Part shown: positions 20,236-28,776 of the stretch, piece after piece
Layout of the letters: each line of letters starts with the position of its first letter
Position numbering within the stretch: position 1 is the first letter of the stretch
NCBI GenBank assembly: GCA_963733165.1
Contig: CAVTCD010000003.1
Coordinates: 147,516 to 211,515 of the forward strand
Reading direction: 5' to 3'
Source: an uncultured Alphaproteobacteria bacterium
Lineage (GTDB): Bacteria > Pseudomonadota > Alphaproteobacteria > Rhizobiales > Xanthobacteraceae
DNA: 64,000 nucleotides
Notes under the pieces: generated by a model
The model's input: the letters and a program-made list of their open reading frames with translations, nothing else
The model's database searches: none
What the model was told of the DNA's origin: nothing
Made by a program: the position numbers and the translations under genes

Positions 20236-21362
20236 CTCTTGAAGTGCTTCGATAATTTGAGGCCTTGGGCCTGATAATTCGAGCCGATGCCGGTGCCGTA
20301 AAGCTGGTCGGGACGCGCCAGCATTTTTTCGTAAACCAGCCGGCCGACGATCTGGCCGTGTTCGAGGATGAACGGCACTTCGCGCGAGCGCACTTCCAGC
20401 ACCGCGCGCGAGCCCAAGCCGCCGGCGCCGGCATAGCCGAAGCCCGGATCGAAGAAGCCGGCATAGTGGACGCGGAATTCGCCGACCAACGGATCGAACG
20501 GCACCATCTCGGCGGCAAAATCGGGCGGCACCTGCACCGCCTCGGTCGACGCCAGGATATAGAATTCGTCGGGATCGAGGATGAGACTCCGGTCGGCGCG
20601 CGCGGCGATCGGCTCCCAGAAATCGGCGGCATCGTAGGCGGCGCGGCGCTCGACCTCGATGACCGCGGTATGGCGCTTGGCGCGATAGCCGACAATGCCG
20701 TTGCCGTTCGCCTGCATATTATTGGGCGCGCTGCTGCCGGCGAGATCGATGCTCACCGCGATGCCGTCGCCCAGCACCGCCTCGGCGCGATCGACCAGAC
20801 GCTCGCGCGCATGCAGCCGCTGCAGCGCCTCGGCGCTGAGGGCGGCGTCGCCGCGGCGCAAGCGCAACTGCGACAGCCGCGAACCTTCCCGCACCAAAAC
20901 CGGAAAGGTTTTCGGGCTGATCTCGGCATAAAGCGGACCGTGGTAACCGCCGGCGACGCGGTCGAAGCCGCGTGTCTCGTCGGCGATCACGCGGGTGAAA
21001 ACATCGAGCCGCCCGGTCGAGCTTTTGGGATTGGTGGCGGCGGCAATGTCCGGCGGCAGCGCCAGCCGCTCGATCAGCGGCACGATATAGACGCAGCCGG
21101 TCTCCAGCACCGCGCCGTCGACCAGCGAGAATTCGTGCAGTTTCAGTTCGGCGATGCGCTGATCGACCGTGGTGCCCGGCCCGGGCAGGAAGCTGGCGCG
21201 CACCCGGTAGGCGATGGAGCCGAGCCGCAGATCGAGGCTTGCCGGCTGAATCTGGTCGGGCGCGAACGGATAAAGCGCGCGAATCCCGCCCGCCTGCGCC
21301 AGCGCCGCGATCATGCGGTCGGGCAAGATTCCCTGGTCCGAAGGTGCGAAGGACAGCGTCAC
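20232..21362 (-). CDS. dcd: 2'-deoxycytidine 5'-triphosphate deaminase (long alphaproteobacterial form)
   Basis: ORF track, 376 aa. Two dUTPase-like halves (NPKSSTGRLDVFTRV; DPGFGY). Confidence 0.8.
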   Translation of the reverse strand: MTLSFAPSDQGILPDRMIAALAQAGGIRALYPFAPDQIQPASLDLRLGSIAYRVRASFLPGPGTTVDQRIAELKLHEFSLVDGAVLETGCVYIVPLIERLALPPDIAAATNPKSSTGRLDVFTRVIADETRGFDRVAGGYHGPLYAEISPKTFPVLVREGSRLSQLRLRRGDAALSAEALQRLHARERLVDRAEAVLGDGIAVSIDLAGSSAPNNMQANGNGIVGYRAKRHTAVIEVERRAAYDAADFWEPIAARADRSLILDPDEFYILASTEAVQVPPDFAAEMVPFDPLVGEFRVHYAGFFDPGFGYAGAGGLGSRAVLEVRSREVPFILEHGQIVGRLVYEKMLARPDQLYGTGIGSNYQAQGLKLSKHFKS

Positions 21363-21444
21363 TGGCCACCGATTGTGATCGGCGATCTAAGCCTAAGCCC
21401 GGTTTGACGCAAAGATGCACGCGGCGTATAACCCCACTATCCCG

Positions 21445-21500
21445 TGGTCATTTGAGCCGGCCGGCTTGCAGCCACGTAAAATAAATCGCTAAAAGGCCGG
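21445..21500 (+). promoter_or_regulatory. candidate SAM-II (metA-type) riboswitch-like leader of metZ
   Basis: GGUCAUUUGAGCCGGCCGGCUUGCAGCCACGUAAAAUAAAUCGCUAAAAGGCCGG. The 5' GGUCAUUU can pair with AAAUCGCU, and the internal CCGGCC can pair with the 3' GGCCGG in a pseudoknot-like way. An A-rich CGCUAAAA tail recalls the SAM-II consensus. This is from memory only; no covariance model was run. Confidence 0.4.
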
Positions 21501-21511
21501 GGACGCGTGAG

Positions 21512-21551
21512 CCCGGCCCGAGGATTTGTCCTCCCGGCCGGGTTTTTGTTT
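21512..21551 (+). terminator. intrinsic terminator/attenuator in the metZ leader
   Basis: CCCGGCC(C)GAGG-ATTTGT-CCTC(CC)GGCCGGG forms 7+4 bp with a small internal loop. It is followed directly by TTTTTGTTT, 18 nt before the metZ ATG (RBS AGGAGGG). Confidence 0.6.
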
Positions 21552-21568
21552 GGCCATAGGAGGGCCAG

Positions 21569-22759
21569 ATGACCGCGTCCGCCAAAAAACTCTACCGCCC
21601 GGAAACCCGGCTGGTGCAATCCGGCACGCTGCGCTCGCCGTTCGGCGAGACATCGGAAGCGCTGTATCTGACCCAGGGCTACGTTTACGACACCGCCGCC
21701 CAGGCCGAAGCGCGCTTTAAGGGCGAGGATCCCGGCTATCAATATTCGCGCTTCGCCAATCCCACCGTCGACATGTTCGAGCGGCGCATGGCCGCGTTCG
21801 AGGGCGCCGAAGCCGCGCGCGCGACCGCAACCGGCATGGCGGCGGTGACGCTGTCGCTGGTCGGCCAGCTCAAAGCCGGCGACCACGTCGTCGCCTCGAA
21901 GGCGATGTTCGGCTCGTGCCGCTATGTGGTCGAGGATTATTTGCCGCGGTTCGGCGTCGCCTCAACTCTGGTCGACGGTTGCAACCTCAACTCCTGGCGC
22001 AACGCGGTGCGTCCCAACACCAAGACGTTTTTTCTCGAAAGCCCGACCAATCCGGCGCTCGAAGTCATCGATATCGCCGCCGTCGCCGAGATTGCGCATG
22101 AGGCCGGCGCTACGCTCGTCGTCGACAATGTGTTCGCCACACCGCTGTTTCAAAGCCCGCTGGCGCTGGGCGCCGACTGCGTCGTCTATTCGGCGACCAA
22201 GCATATCGACGGACAGGGCCGCTGCCTCGGCGGCATCATCCTCGCTTCGCAGAAATTCATCATGGACAAGATCCACGTGCTGCTGCGCCAGACCGGCCCA
22301 TCGATGTCGCCATTCAATGCCTGGGTCCTGCTCAAGAGCCTGGAGACGCTTTCGGTGCGGGTGCGGCGGCAGAGCGACAGCGCGGCAACTCTGGCGGTGG
22401 CGCTCGCCGGACATCCAAAAATTTCACGCCTGATCTATCCGGGCCGGCCCGATCATCCGCAGGCGGCCATCGTACAGAAGCAGATGCGCGGCGGCTCGAC
22501 GCTGGTTGCGTTCGAAGTCAAAGGCGGCAAGAAAGGCGCGTTCCGTTTTCAGGACGCGCTCAAGCTCATTCGCATCAGCAACAATCTCGGCGATGCCAAG
22601 AGCCTGGTCACGCATCCGGCAACGACGACGCACCAGCGGCTCACGCCGGCGCAGCGCGCCGAGATCGGCGTCAGCGACGGCTTGCTGCGCGTCTCGGTCG
22701 GCCTCGAACATCCGGACGATATCGTGGAAGACGTCCTCGCCGCGCTCGACGCAGCGTAA
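21569..22759 (+). CDS. metZ: O-succinylhomoserine sulfhydrylase
   Basis: ORF track, 396 aa. Cys/Met-metabolism PLP enzyme with SATKHIDGQGR (PLP lysine). Confidence 0.88.
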   Translation: MTASAKKLYRPETRLVQSGTLRSPFGETSEALYLTQGYVYDTAAQAEARFKGEDPGYQYSRFANPTVDMFERRMAAFEGAEAARATATGMAAVTLSLVGQLKAGDHVVASKAMFGSCRYVVEDYLPRFGVASTLVDGCNLNSWRNAVRPNTKTFFLESPTNPALEVIDIAAVAEIAHEAGATLVVDNVFATPLFQSPLALGADCVVYSATKHIDGQGRCLGGIILASQKFIMDKIHVLLRQTGPSMSPFNAWVLLKSLETLSVRVRRQSDSAATLAVALAGHPKISRLIYPGRPDHPQAAIVQKQMRGGSTLVAFEVKGGKKGAFRFQDALKLIRISNNLGDAKSLVTHPATTTHQRLTPAQRAEIGVSDGLLRVSVGLEHPDDIVEDVLAALDAA

Positions 22760-22768
22760 TCGCGCCGC

Positions 22769-22800
22769 TTACTGGATGCCCGACTTCGCAGGCGTCACGG
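22769..22800. repeat. REP-like remnant overlapping the last 10 codons of the SGNH gene
   Basis: TTACTGGATGCCCGACTTCGCAGGCGTCACGG resembles the TACTGGAT...CATGAC REP units at 30921 and 40121. Confidence 0.5.
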
Positions 22801-23803
22801 CCGGATGAGCCGCGGCCGAGGCGATCGGGCGCGTCGCTGCTTCGGCAATCGCACCGCCGATGAGCTTGGCCCAGCAGGCATAGCTCCAGTCGTTCATGTG
22901 CAACTGGTCCGGCGAGACAAAATCGGCAAAGGCGAGGTGCTGGACCTCGTACCAATCGCGCATCACCGCGAAGCGGCGGAACAGATCGACGTTCTCTGTC
23001 TTGGCGGCAAGCGCGATCTGCTCGACCATCTCCGAGGTCTCTGACTTGGCGTTCACCGCCGGCGCGAATTGCGGATCGATCAGGACGATGTCGGCGTCGG
23101 CGGCCTTCAACTGCTCGATGCCCTCGTGCAGCTCAACCTCGTGGGCGTCGAGCGGGCGATCGCGCAGCACCGAATTGGTGCCGACCTGCCAGAGCACGAG
23201 TTGCGGATGCGCCGCGATGACGTCGGCGGCAAAGCGCGCCATCATCTGATCGGTCTCTTCGCCGTTGATGCCGCGATTGAGCACCGTGATCTGATGACCG
23301 GGAAAGCGCTGCCGCAGTTCGACGGCAAGCCGGTTCGGATACGAGGCGTCGGGCGAACTGGCGGCGGCGCCGGCGGTCGATGACGAGCCGATGGCGACAA
23401 TGGTGAGCGGCTCGCCGCTCGCCAACTGCCGCATGGTGCGCACCAGCGGACGATCGAAACGTGAAAATTCAACCGGCGCGCTGCAGGCGATCGTCGCGAC
23501 CGGCGCTGCGGCCGGCTTCATCACATCTTGCTTCATCGCATCGGATGCCGGCCGCGTTGCCGGCGTGACCACCGCGGGCATCGCCGCGGGCGTGGCGGCG
23601 GGCGCGGCAACCATCAAGAGGTCATCAGGTGCGACCGGCTGGTCAGGTGCGACAAAGAGCGCAGGCGGCCCGACCTGTGCTTGTGCCGGCGTTTGCAGTG
23701 CGAAAAGAGTTTGCAGTGCAAAAACGGTTTGCAGTGCGAAAACCGCCGTGACGGCCGCAGCCCGCCCGCGGCAGGCGATGTTTGTTTGCTTTTCGGAAGT
23801 CAT
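22769..23803 (-). CDS. SGNH/GDSL hydrolase family protein, secreted
   Basis: ORF track, 344 aa. Block I IVAIGSSSTAG, GINGE, and a late D..H (MNDWSY). The N-terminus carries a repeated FALQT signal region and the C-terminus ends ...TPAKSGIQ. Confidence 0.8.
   Translation of the reverse strand: MTSEKQTNIACRGRAAAVTAVFALQTVFALQTLFALQTPAQAQVGPPALFVAPDQPVAPDDLLMVAAPAATPAAMPAVVTPATRPASDAMKQDVMKPAAAPVATIACSAPVEFSRFDRPLVRTMRQLASGEPLTIVAIGSSSTAGAAASSPDASYPNRLAVELRQRFPGHQITVLNRGINGEETDQMMARFAADVIAAHPQLVLWQVGTNSVLRDRPLDAHEVELHEGIEQLKAADADIVLIDPQFAPAVNAKSETSEMVEQIALAAKTENVDLFRRFAVMRDWYEVQHLAFADFVSPDQLHMNDWSYACWAKLIGGAIAEAATRPIASAAAHPAVTPAKSGIQ
23691..23744 (-). repeat. in-frame 18-nt x3 tandem repeat in the N-terminal signal region of the SGNH gene
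   Basis: GTTTGCAGTGCGAAAAGA GTTTGCAGTGCAAAAACG GTTTGCAGTGCGAAAACC encodes (V)FALQT (V)FALQT (L)FALQT on the minus strand. Confidence 0.85.
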
Positions 23804-24573
23804 TAACGCGTCGTTTGCATTCTCACGGCGTCAAGATGTGCGGCATTGATGATCTGTGACGCCAGGGCCCGGCCGATGCACTCGTGAACACGTCGCGCCA
23901 TATCATACTTCTTTGTAGCGGTATAGAGATCGAACGTTCCGTCATCGTTCCACGAATGCATGATCGCCAGGCGGTCGAACAACAAAGCACCGCGCGCCTG
24001 GGCGACGAGCCGCATGACGTCGGCATAGGCGGAAACATCGAGCATCGACTCGGTGCGCGGGCTGTATTGCATGTTCATCAACACGACGTCGGCGCCGTCG
24101 CTTTGAATCTTTTCGACACCATCATCGAGGCTCGCACGAAAATCTTCCGCTTCGACGCCACTGAGCGCGTCGGCCGTGCCGGTTTGCCAGATCACCAGCG
24201 CCGGCTTGTCGTCGGCGAGGATCTTGCCCAAGCCCGAAACCATGGCCGCGGTGGTTGCCTTCGACTGCACGTGCGGCGTGACTTTGATCTCGATGCCCAT
24301 CAACCGCGCTTTGAGCGCCTCTTCCAGCCGCGCCGGATAGGCGGAATGCACGCCCTCCGGACCGGTCAGCGCCGAGGACCCCGAACCGATCACGCTGACA
24401 TCCAAGCGGTGCTTGGTCTTGACCTCGTTCAACACGCGGCTGAGATCGGTGTCGGTCTCCAACAGTGATGCCGGTACGTCGCAAGCTTCGGGCTGTGGCG
24501 CCGCATAGGCGACGCCGCCCGCGGAACCGGCGGCGAACGCGATCGTTGCAACGATGGCTATGACCAGCTTCAT
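23803..24573 (-). CDS. SGNH/GDSL hydrolase family protein, secreted
   Basis: ORF track, 256 aa. Signal peptide MKLVIAIVATIAFAAGSAGGVAYA and block I VSVIGSGSSALTG. Start and stop overlap the neighbours on both sides. Confidence 0.8.
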   Translation of the reverse strand: MKLVIAIVATIAFAAGSAGGVAYAAPQPEACDVPASLLETDTDLSRVLNEVKTKHRLDVSVIGSGSSALTGPEGVHSAYPARLEEALKARLMGIEIKVTPHVQSKATTAAMVSGLGKILADDKPALVIWQTGTADALSGVEAEDFRASLDDGVEKIQSDGADVVLMNMQYSPRTESMLDVSAYADVMRLVAQARGALLFDRLAIMHSWNDDGTFDLYTATKKYDMARRVHECIGRALASQIINAAHLDAVRMQTTR

Positions 24574-25802
24574 GCCTCGCCCCCCGCGAGGTCCGCGTCC
24601 GGCGGCTTAACGCGCGCTGTGGGGCTTCGCCCTTCTATCTCCTTGTACCACGATATCAGGCTTGCTGTCGCAACCATGATCCCGATGCCCAGCAGGCTGA
24701 TGGCTGTCTGCATCAGCGGGCCGCCCGAATACTCGCTGATGATGAATTGCGCGGCAAAGGCCAGGAATACGCCCAGGCAAAAGATCTCGAGTGAATGCTG
24801 GCCGCAGACAATCGCCGGCTGCAAAATCGGCGACTTCAACGCCGGCCAATCGCGCGGCACGAACCGCACGGTGACCGCGGCGAGCGCCAGGAAATGGGCA
24901 AAGCGCAGCACGTCGAGATTGGTCTTGTCGATTGGATACATCCAATCGCTCAACCAGCTCGGCACGAAGCGATCGAGCGGTTCGTAATACCAGGTCAAGG
25001 TCACGGCGAAGGCGAACACCAGATAGGCGATAGCGATGCCAAGCACGACGCGCGAGCGCAGCACGCCGGCAAGCCGCTGCGCGCCGCCGAGCGCGCACCA
25101 GGCGCCGAACACGAACAGCAGTTGCCAGGCGAACGGGTTGAAGAACCAGACCCCGTTCGGATAGGCCGGCAAATTCCAGTCGAAATTCCAGGCCAGCACA
25201 TAGACCAGGGCGGAGCCGGCGAGCGCCAAGGCGGGCTGCCACAGCAACAGCCGCAGCATCGGCGGGAAAAACAGCAACAGCACGATATAGAGCGGCAGCA
25301 CGTCCATATTGGTCGGCTTGAACTTCAGGATCAGCGCCTGGAAAATCGTGACGTCGGGCTGCTTGAGAAAATCGAGGATATTCATTTCCTCGGCGTAGAG
25401 CGGGTTGTCGAACGTCGCCGCGACATAGGCAATTTCGGCCATGAAGATCGTGAACAGAAAGATGTGCGCGACGTAGATTTGCCAGGCGCGCCGCAGCACG
25501 CGTGCGCTAGCGATAAGAATGCCGCGCTCGCGCATGGCGCGGCCGTAGACGAAGGCCGCGGTGTAACCAGAAATGAAAATGAAGATTTCGGTGGCGTCGG
25601 AAAAGCCGTAATTGCGCAGGGTGAACCAATTGACGATGTTTTCCGGGATATGGTCGAGGAAAATCAGCCACAGCGCCACGCCGCGGAACAGATCGAGCCG
25701 CAGGTCGCGTTCGGTTGCCAGCGCCGGCAGCGGCGAAACCACCGCCAGCGGCTTCGCAAACACGGTTTTGGCGAACATATCCCTTGCAGACATCGGCTTC
25801 AC
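24570..25802 (-). CDS. OpgC-domain membrane acyltransferase
   Basis: ORF track, 410 aa, about 10 TM segments. RLDLFRGVALWLIFLDHIP is typical of the OpgC/acyltransferase-3-like family. Confidence 0.8.
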   Translation of the reverse strand: MKPMSARDMFAKTVFAKPLAVVSPLPALATERDLRLDLFRGVALWLIFLDHIPENIVNWFTLRNYGFSDATEIFIFISGYTAAFVYGRAMRERGILIASARVLRRAWQIYVAHIFLFTIFMAEIAYVAATFDNPLYAEEMNILDFLKQPDVTIFQALILKFKPTNMDVLPLYIVLLLFFPPMLRLLLWQPALALAGSALVYVLAWNFDWNLPAYPNGVWFFNPFAWQLLFVFGAWCALGGAQRLAGVLRSRVVLGIAIAYLVFAFAVTLTWYYEPLDRFVPSWLSDWMYPIDKTNLDVLRFAHFLALAAVTVRFVPRDWPALKSPILQPAIVCGQHSLEIFCLGVFLAFAAQFIISEYSGGPLMQTAISLLGIGIMVATASLISWYKEIEGRSPTARVKPPDADLAGGEA

Positions 25803-26028
25803 GGCGGCTTTAAGACCTTTCCATCCGCCCCGGCACGGCGGCTCGGCGGCAACGCCGAATCTGCGCCCATGGCGCCCGGGTCAATTTAATCCGGCATGTG
25901 GAATTTGCGAAATCTCGCGCGCATAATTATTGCATCAAAAGCCGCGCCGATATTCACTTCTACGTGGAATCGTCCCCTGAATATGCCCATTGAGTCTTGT
26001 GCCGGCGGAACAGTGCCAGGAACCGTGC

Positions 26029-26421
26029 ATGTACCGTACCGTGACCCGCAATATCGAGGTCGTGGTGACCCCGCGCTTCGTCGCCGACCGGTCATCGCCC
26101 GAGAACAATTATTACTTCTGGGCCTATACGATCTCGATCACCAATAACGGCAACGAAACGGTGCAGCTCAAGACCCGCCACTGGCGGATCACCGACGCGC
26201 ATGGCCGCCGTCAGGAAGTGCGCGGTGCCGGCGTGGTCGGCGAGGAGCCGGTGCTCAAGGCCGGCGAGGCCTTCGAATATACCAGCGGTGTGCCGTTGCA
26301 GACGCCGTCCGGCTTCATGGTCGGCACCTATGGCATGGTGAGCGCGGGCGGCGAACATTTCGATATCGAAGTCCCGGCGTTTTCGCTCGACAGCGCCGAG
26401 AACAAGCGCACGCTCAATTAG
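26029..26421 (+). CDS. apaG: Co2+/Mg2+ efflux-associated protein ApaG
   Basis: ORF 25990..26421 taken from the internal MYRTVTRNIEVVVTPRFV. Contains YFWAYTISITNNG, HW.ITD and F.YTSG. Confidence 0.88.
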   Translation: MYRTVTRNIEVVVTPRFVADRSSPENNYYFWAYTISITNNGNETVQLKTRHWRITDAHGRRQEVRGAGVVGEEPVLKAGEAFEYTSGVPLQTPSGFMVGTYGMVSAGGEHFDIEVPAFSLDSAENKRTLN

Positions 26422-26432
26422 GAATTAAAAAG

Positions 26433-26460
26433 GCGCGAGCCGCTGATGCGGCCCGCGCCG
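26433..26460 (-). terminator. intrinsic terminator of the 41-aa gene (minus strand)
   Basis: GGCGCGAGCCGC-TGAT-GCGGCCCGCGCC forms 11 bp with 1 mismatch. The minus-strand reading is followed by TTTTT (26428..26432). Confidence 0.6.
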
Positions 26461-26495
26461 AAAATCTGTGTAACAGGTTTTGGTCGCAAGATTTG

Positions 26496-26621
26496 TTAGC
26501 GGCCGATCTGCACGCATGTGCCGCTGTCGTGGACCTGCTTGCAAACTTGTTCGGCATTGGCGGCGTGCGAAAGCGCAAACCACAGGGCGGCCGTCGCAAC
26601 GCCGATCAGGAATTTGCCCAT
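26496..26621 (-). CDS. small secreted peptide, 41 aa (not in ORF track)
   Basis: Manual translation: MGKFLIGVATAALWFALSHAANA|EQVCKQVHDSGTCVQIGR. A strong RBS GGAGG lies 7 nt upstream, the signal peptide has an ANA cleavage site, the mature part has two Cys, and a terminator lies downstream. Confidence 0.6.
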   Translation of the reverse strand: MGKFLIGVATAALWFALSHAANAEQVCKQVHDSGTCVQIGR

Positions 26622-26759
26622 GGGTAGCCTCCGCTGCTTACCCCAAGTCAATATCGTCACACCTGGTTTGGTTCCCGACTTTTCGCAACCCGCCGAGCCC
26701 GGCTGGAAGTTGATCGGGCAAGGCGTCTAACTTCAGAAAAATTTAGATATTTCAATAAT

Positions 26760-27782
26760 TTAAGTCGCCGACGGGGCAGCGGCCTGGCCGGCAACATCCT
26801 GCGGGGCGAAGACGTAAGTCGAACTGCAAAACTCGCAGGTGACGGTGATCCGGCCGTCCTCGACCATGTCGTCGCGGTCGGCTTGCGAAAAACTGCGCAG
26901 CATGTTTTCGACGTTTTGGCGCGAGCACGAGCACTGTGCGGTGACCGGCGCGGCGCGAAACACCCGCACGCCGCGTTCGTGGAACAGCCGGTAAGCCAGC
27001 CGCTCGCTCGACAGCGCCGGATCGATCAGTTCGATGTCGTTGACGGTGGCGACCAGCGAACGGCCTTCGACCCAGGCCTCGTCTTCGGGCAGCACATGGG
27101 GCGCGGTGCCCGCGGGCGCGTCGCCGGGATCAAGATCGGCCTGGCGCGCGCGCTCGGCTGAGTTGGGCAGGAATTGCAGCAGAATGCCGCCGGCGCGCCA
27201 GCGCCGGCGCGCGCCGTTTTCGCCGGCGACGAATTCCTCGGCGACGGCGAGCCGCACGCGGGTCGGGATCTGCTCCGAGCGCAAGAAATATTCATGCGCG
27301 GCGTGTTCGAGGTCATCGCCTTCCAGCGGCACCAGGCCCTGATAGCGGCTCATGTCCGGCCCCTGGTCGATGGTCATGGCGAGATGGCCGTGGCCGAGCA
27401 GTTTCCCGGGCTGAGCCTCGTTGGCGGCGATCGCCGCTGCAACGTGCGCGGCGTCGAAACGGGCGCAAGCCCGCACGTTGCCGGGCGAGGTGAAATCGAC
27501 CACCAGCATGCGCACCGGTCCGTCGCTCTGGGTCTGCAGGATGAAGCGGCCGTCGATCTTGAGGCTCGAGCCGAGCATGACCGTGAGCACGATCGCCTCG
27601 CCGAGCAGCTTGGCCACCGGCGCCGGATAATCGTGACTGGTGAGAATGCTATCGACCGCCGGCCCGAGCCGGACGATGCGGCCGCGCAGATCGAGCGCCT
27701 TGACCGCGAACGGCAGGATCGTGTCGTCGAGGCCGGTTTGGTCAGGCTCGCGGACCGGGATGGCGAAGTCGGGGTTGTTCAT
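26760..27782 (-). CDS. hslO: Hsp33 family redox-regulated chaperonin
   Basis: ORF 26760..27896 taken from the internal MNNPDFAIPV. C-terminal zinc centre CSCS...CEFC. The start codon is uncertain. Confidence 0.85.
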   Translation of the reverse strand: MNNPDFAIPVREPDQTGLDDTILPFAVKALDLRGRIVRLGPAVDSILTSHDYPAPVAKLLGEAIVLTVMLGSSLKIDGRFILQTQSDGPVRMLVVDFTSPGNVRACARFDAAHVAAAIAANEAQPGKLLGHGHLAMTIDQGPDMSRYQGLVPLEGDDLEHAAHEYFLRSEQIPTRVRLAVAEEFVAGENGARRRWRAGGILLQFLPNSAERARQADLDPGDAPAGTAPHVLPEDEAWVEGRSLVATVNDIELIDPALSSERLAYRLFHERGVRVFRAAPVTAQCSCSRQNVENMLRSFSQADRDDMVEDGRITVTCEFCSSTYVFAPQDVAGQAAAPSAT

Positions 27783-27846
27783 CGGGCACAATATAGGTGC
27801 GGAGGGGCCAAATTTGAGGTCTCGCGCGGCCGGCGGAAAACCGGCG

Positions 27847-28776
27847 TCAACCGCCATTGGCGTGCAGGCACCAGGCCAAAATCCCCTTCTGCGCATGCAG
27901 CCGGTTTTCGGCCTCGTCGAACACCACCGAATGCGGCCCGTCGATCACCTCGTCGGTGACTTCCTCGCCGCGATGCGCGGGCAGGCAATGCATGAAGATG
28001 GCGTCCGGCTTGGCCCGGGCCATCAGCCGCGCATTGACCTGATAGCGCTTGAGCAGATTGTGGCGGCGCGCGCCGTTGCGGTCGCCCATCGACACCCAGG
28101 TGTCGGTGACCACGCAGTCGGCGCCCTTCGCCGCCTCGTCCGGATCGGTGCCGAGCTCGATCGCGGCGCCGGAGGATTTGATCCACTCGATCAGCGGCTT
28201 TTTCGGCGCCAGTTCCGGCGGCGTCGCCACGCGCAAGCGGAACTGGAAGCGTTCCGCCGCCTGCATCCATGAGGTCAGCACGTTGTTGGCGTCGCCGCTC
28301 CACGCCACGGTGCGGCCGCGGATCGGGCCGCGATGCTCCTCGAAGGTCATGACATCGGCCATGACCTGGCACGGATGCGAGCGCCGGGTCAGCCCGTTGA
28401 TCACCGGCACCGTGCCGTGACGCGCCAGTTCGGCGATGTCGTCGGGATCAAGCGTGCGGATCATGATGGCGTCGATATAGCGCGACAGCACGCGCGCCGT
28501 ATCGGCCAGCGTCTCGCCGCGGCCGAGCTGCATTTCCTCCGCCGTCAGCAGAATGACGTCGCCGCCGAGCTGGCGCATCGCCACTTCGAAGGACACGCGG
28601 GTGCGCGTCGACGGCCGCTCGAAAATCATCGCCAGCGTCTTGCCGGCGAGCGGACGCCCGGCGGCGTCCGGCTTGCTCTTCATGTTGCCTTTCATGGCGC
28701 GCGCGGCATCGATCATCGCCCGCAGCTCGGCCGGCGGAATGTCGATCAGGTCGAGGAAGTGGCGGATGCCGCTCAT
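27847..28776 (-). CDS. argF: ornithine carbamoyltransferase
   Basis: ORF 27847..29373 taken from the internal [10 protein letters not shown]. Contains STRTR, HPCQ and HCLP motifs. Its ATG overlaps the argD stop (ATGA). Confidence 0.92.
   Translation of the reverse strand: MSGIRHFLDLIDIPPAELRAMIDAARAMKGNMKSKPDAAGRPLAGKTLAMIFERPSTRTRVSFEVAMRQLGGDVILLTAEEMQLGRGETLADTARVLSRYIDAIMIRTLDPDDIAELARHGTVPVINGLTRRSHPCQVMADVMTFEEHRGPIRGRTVAWSGDANNVLTSWMQAAERFQFRLRVATPPELAPKKPLIEWIKSSGAAIELGTDPDEAAKGADCVVTDTWVSMGDRNGARRHNLLKRYQVNARLMARAKPDAIFMHCLPAHRGEEVTDEVIDGPHSVVFDEAENRLHAQKGILAWCLHANGG

Noticed and set aside
26414-26599. 61-aa ORF from the track (MRRPPCGLRF...).
   Set aside because: It is Arg/Ala-rich with no RBS. 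A different frame on the same strand gives a 41-aa signal-peptide ORF with a strong RBS and a terminator.
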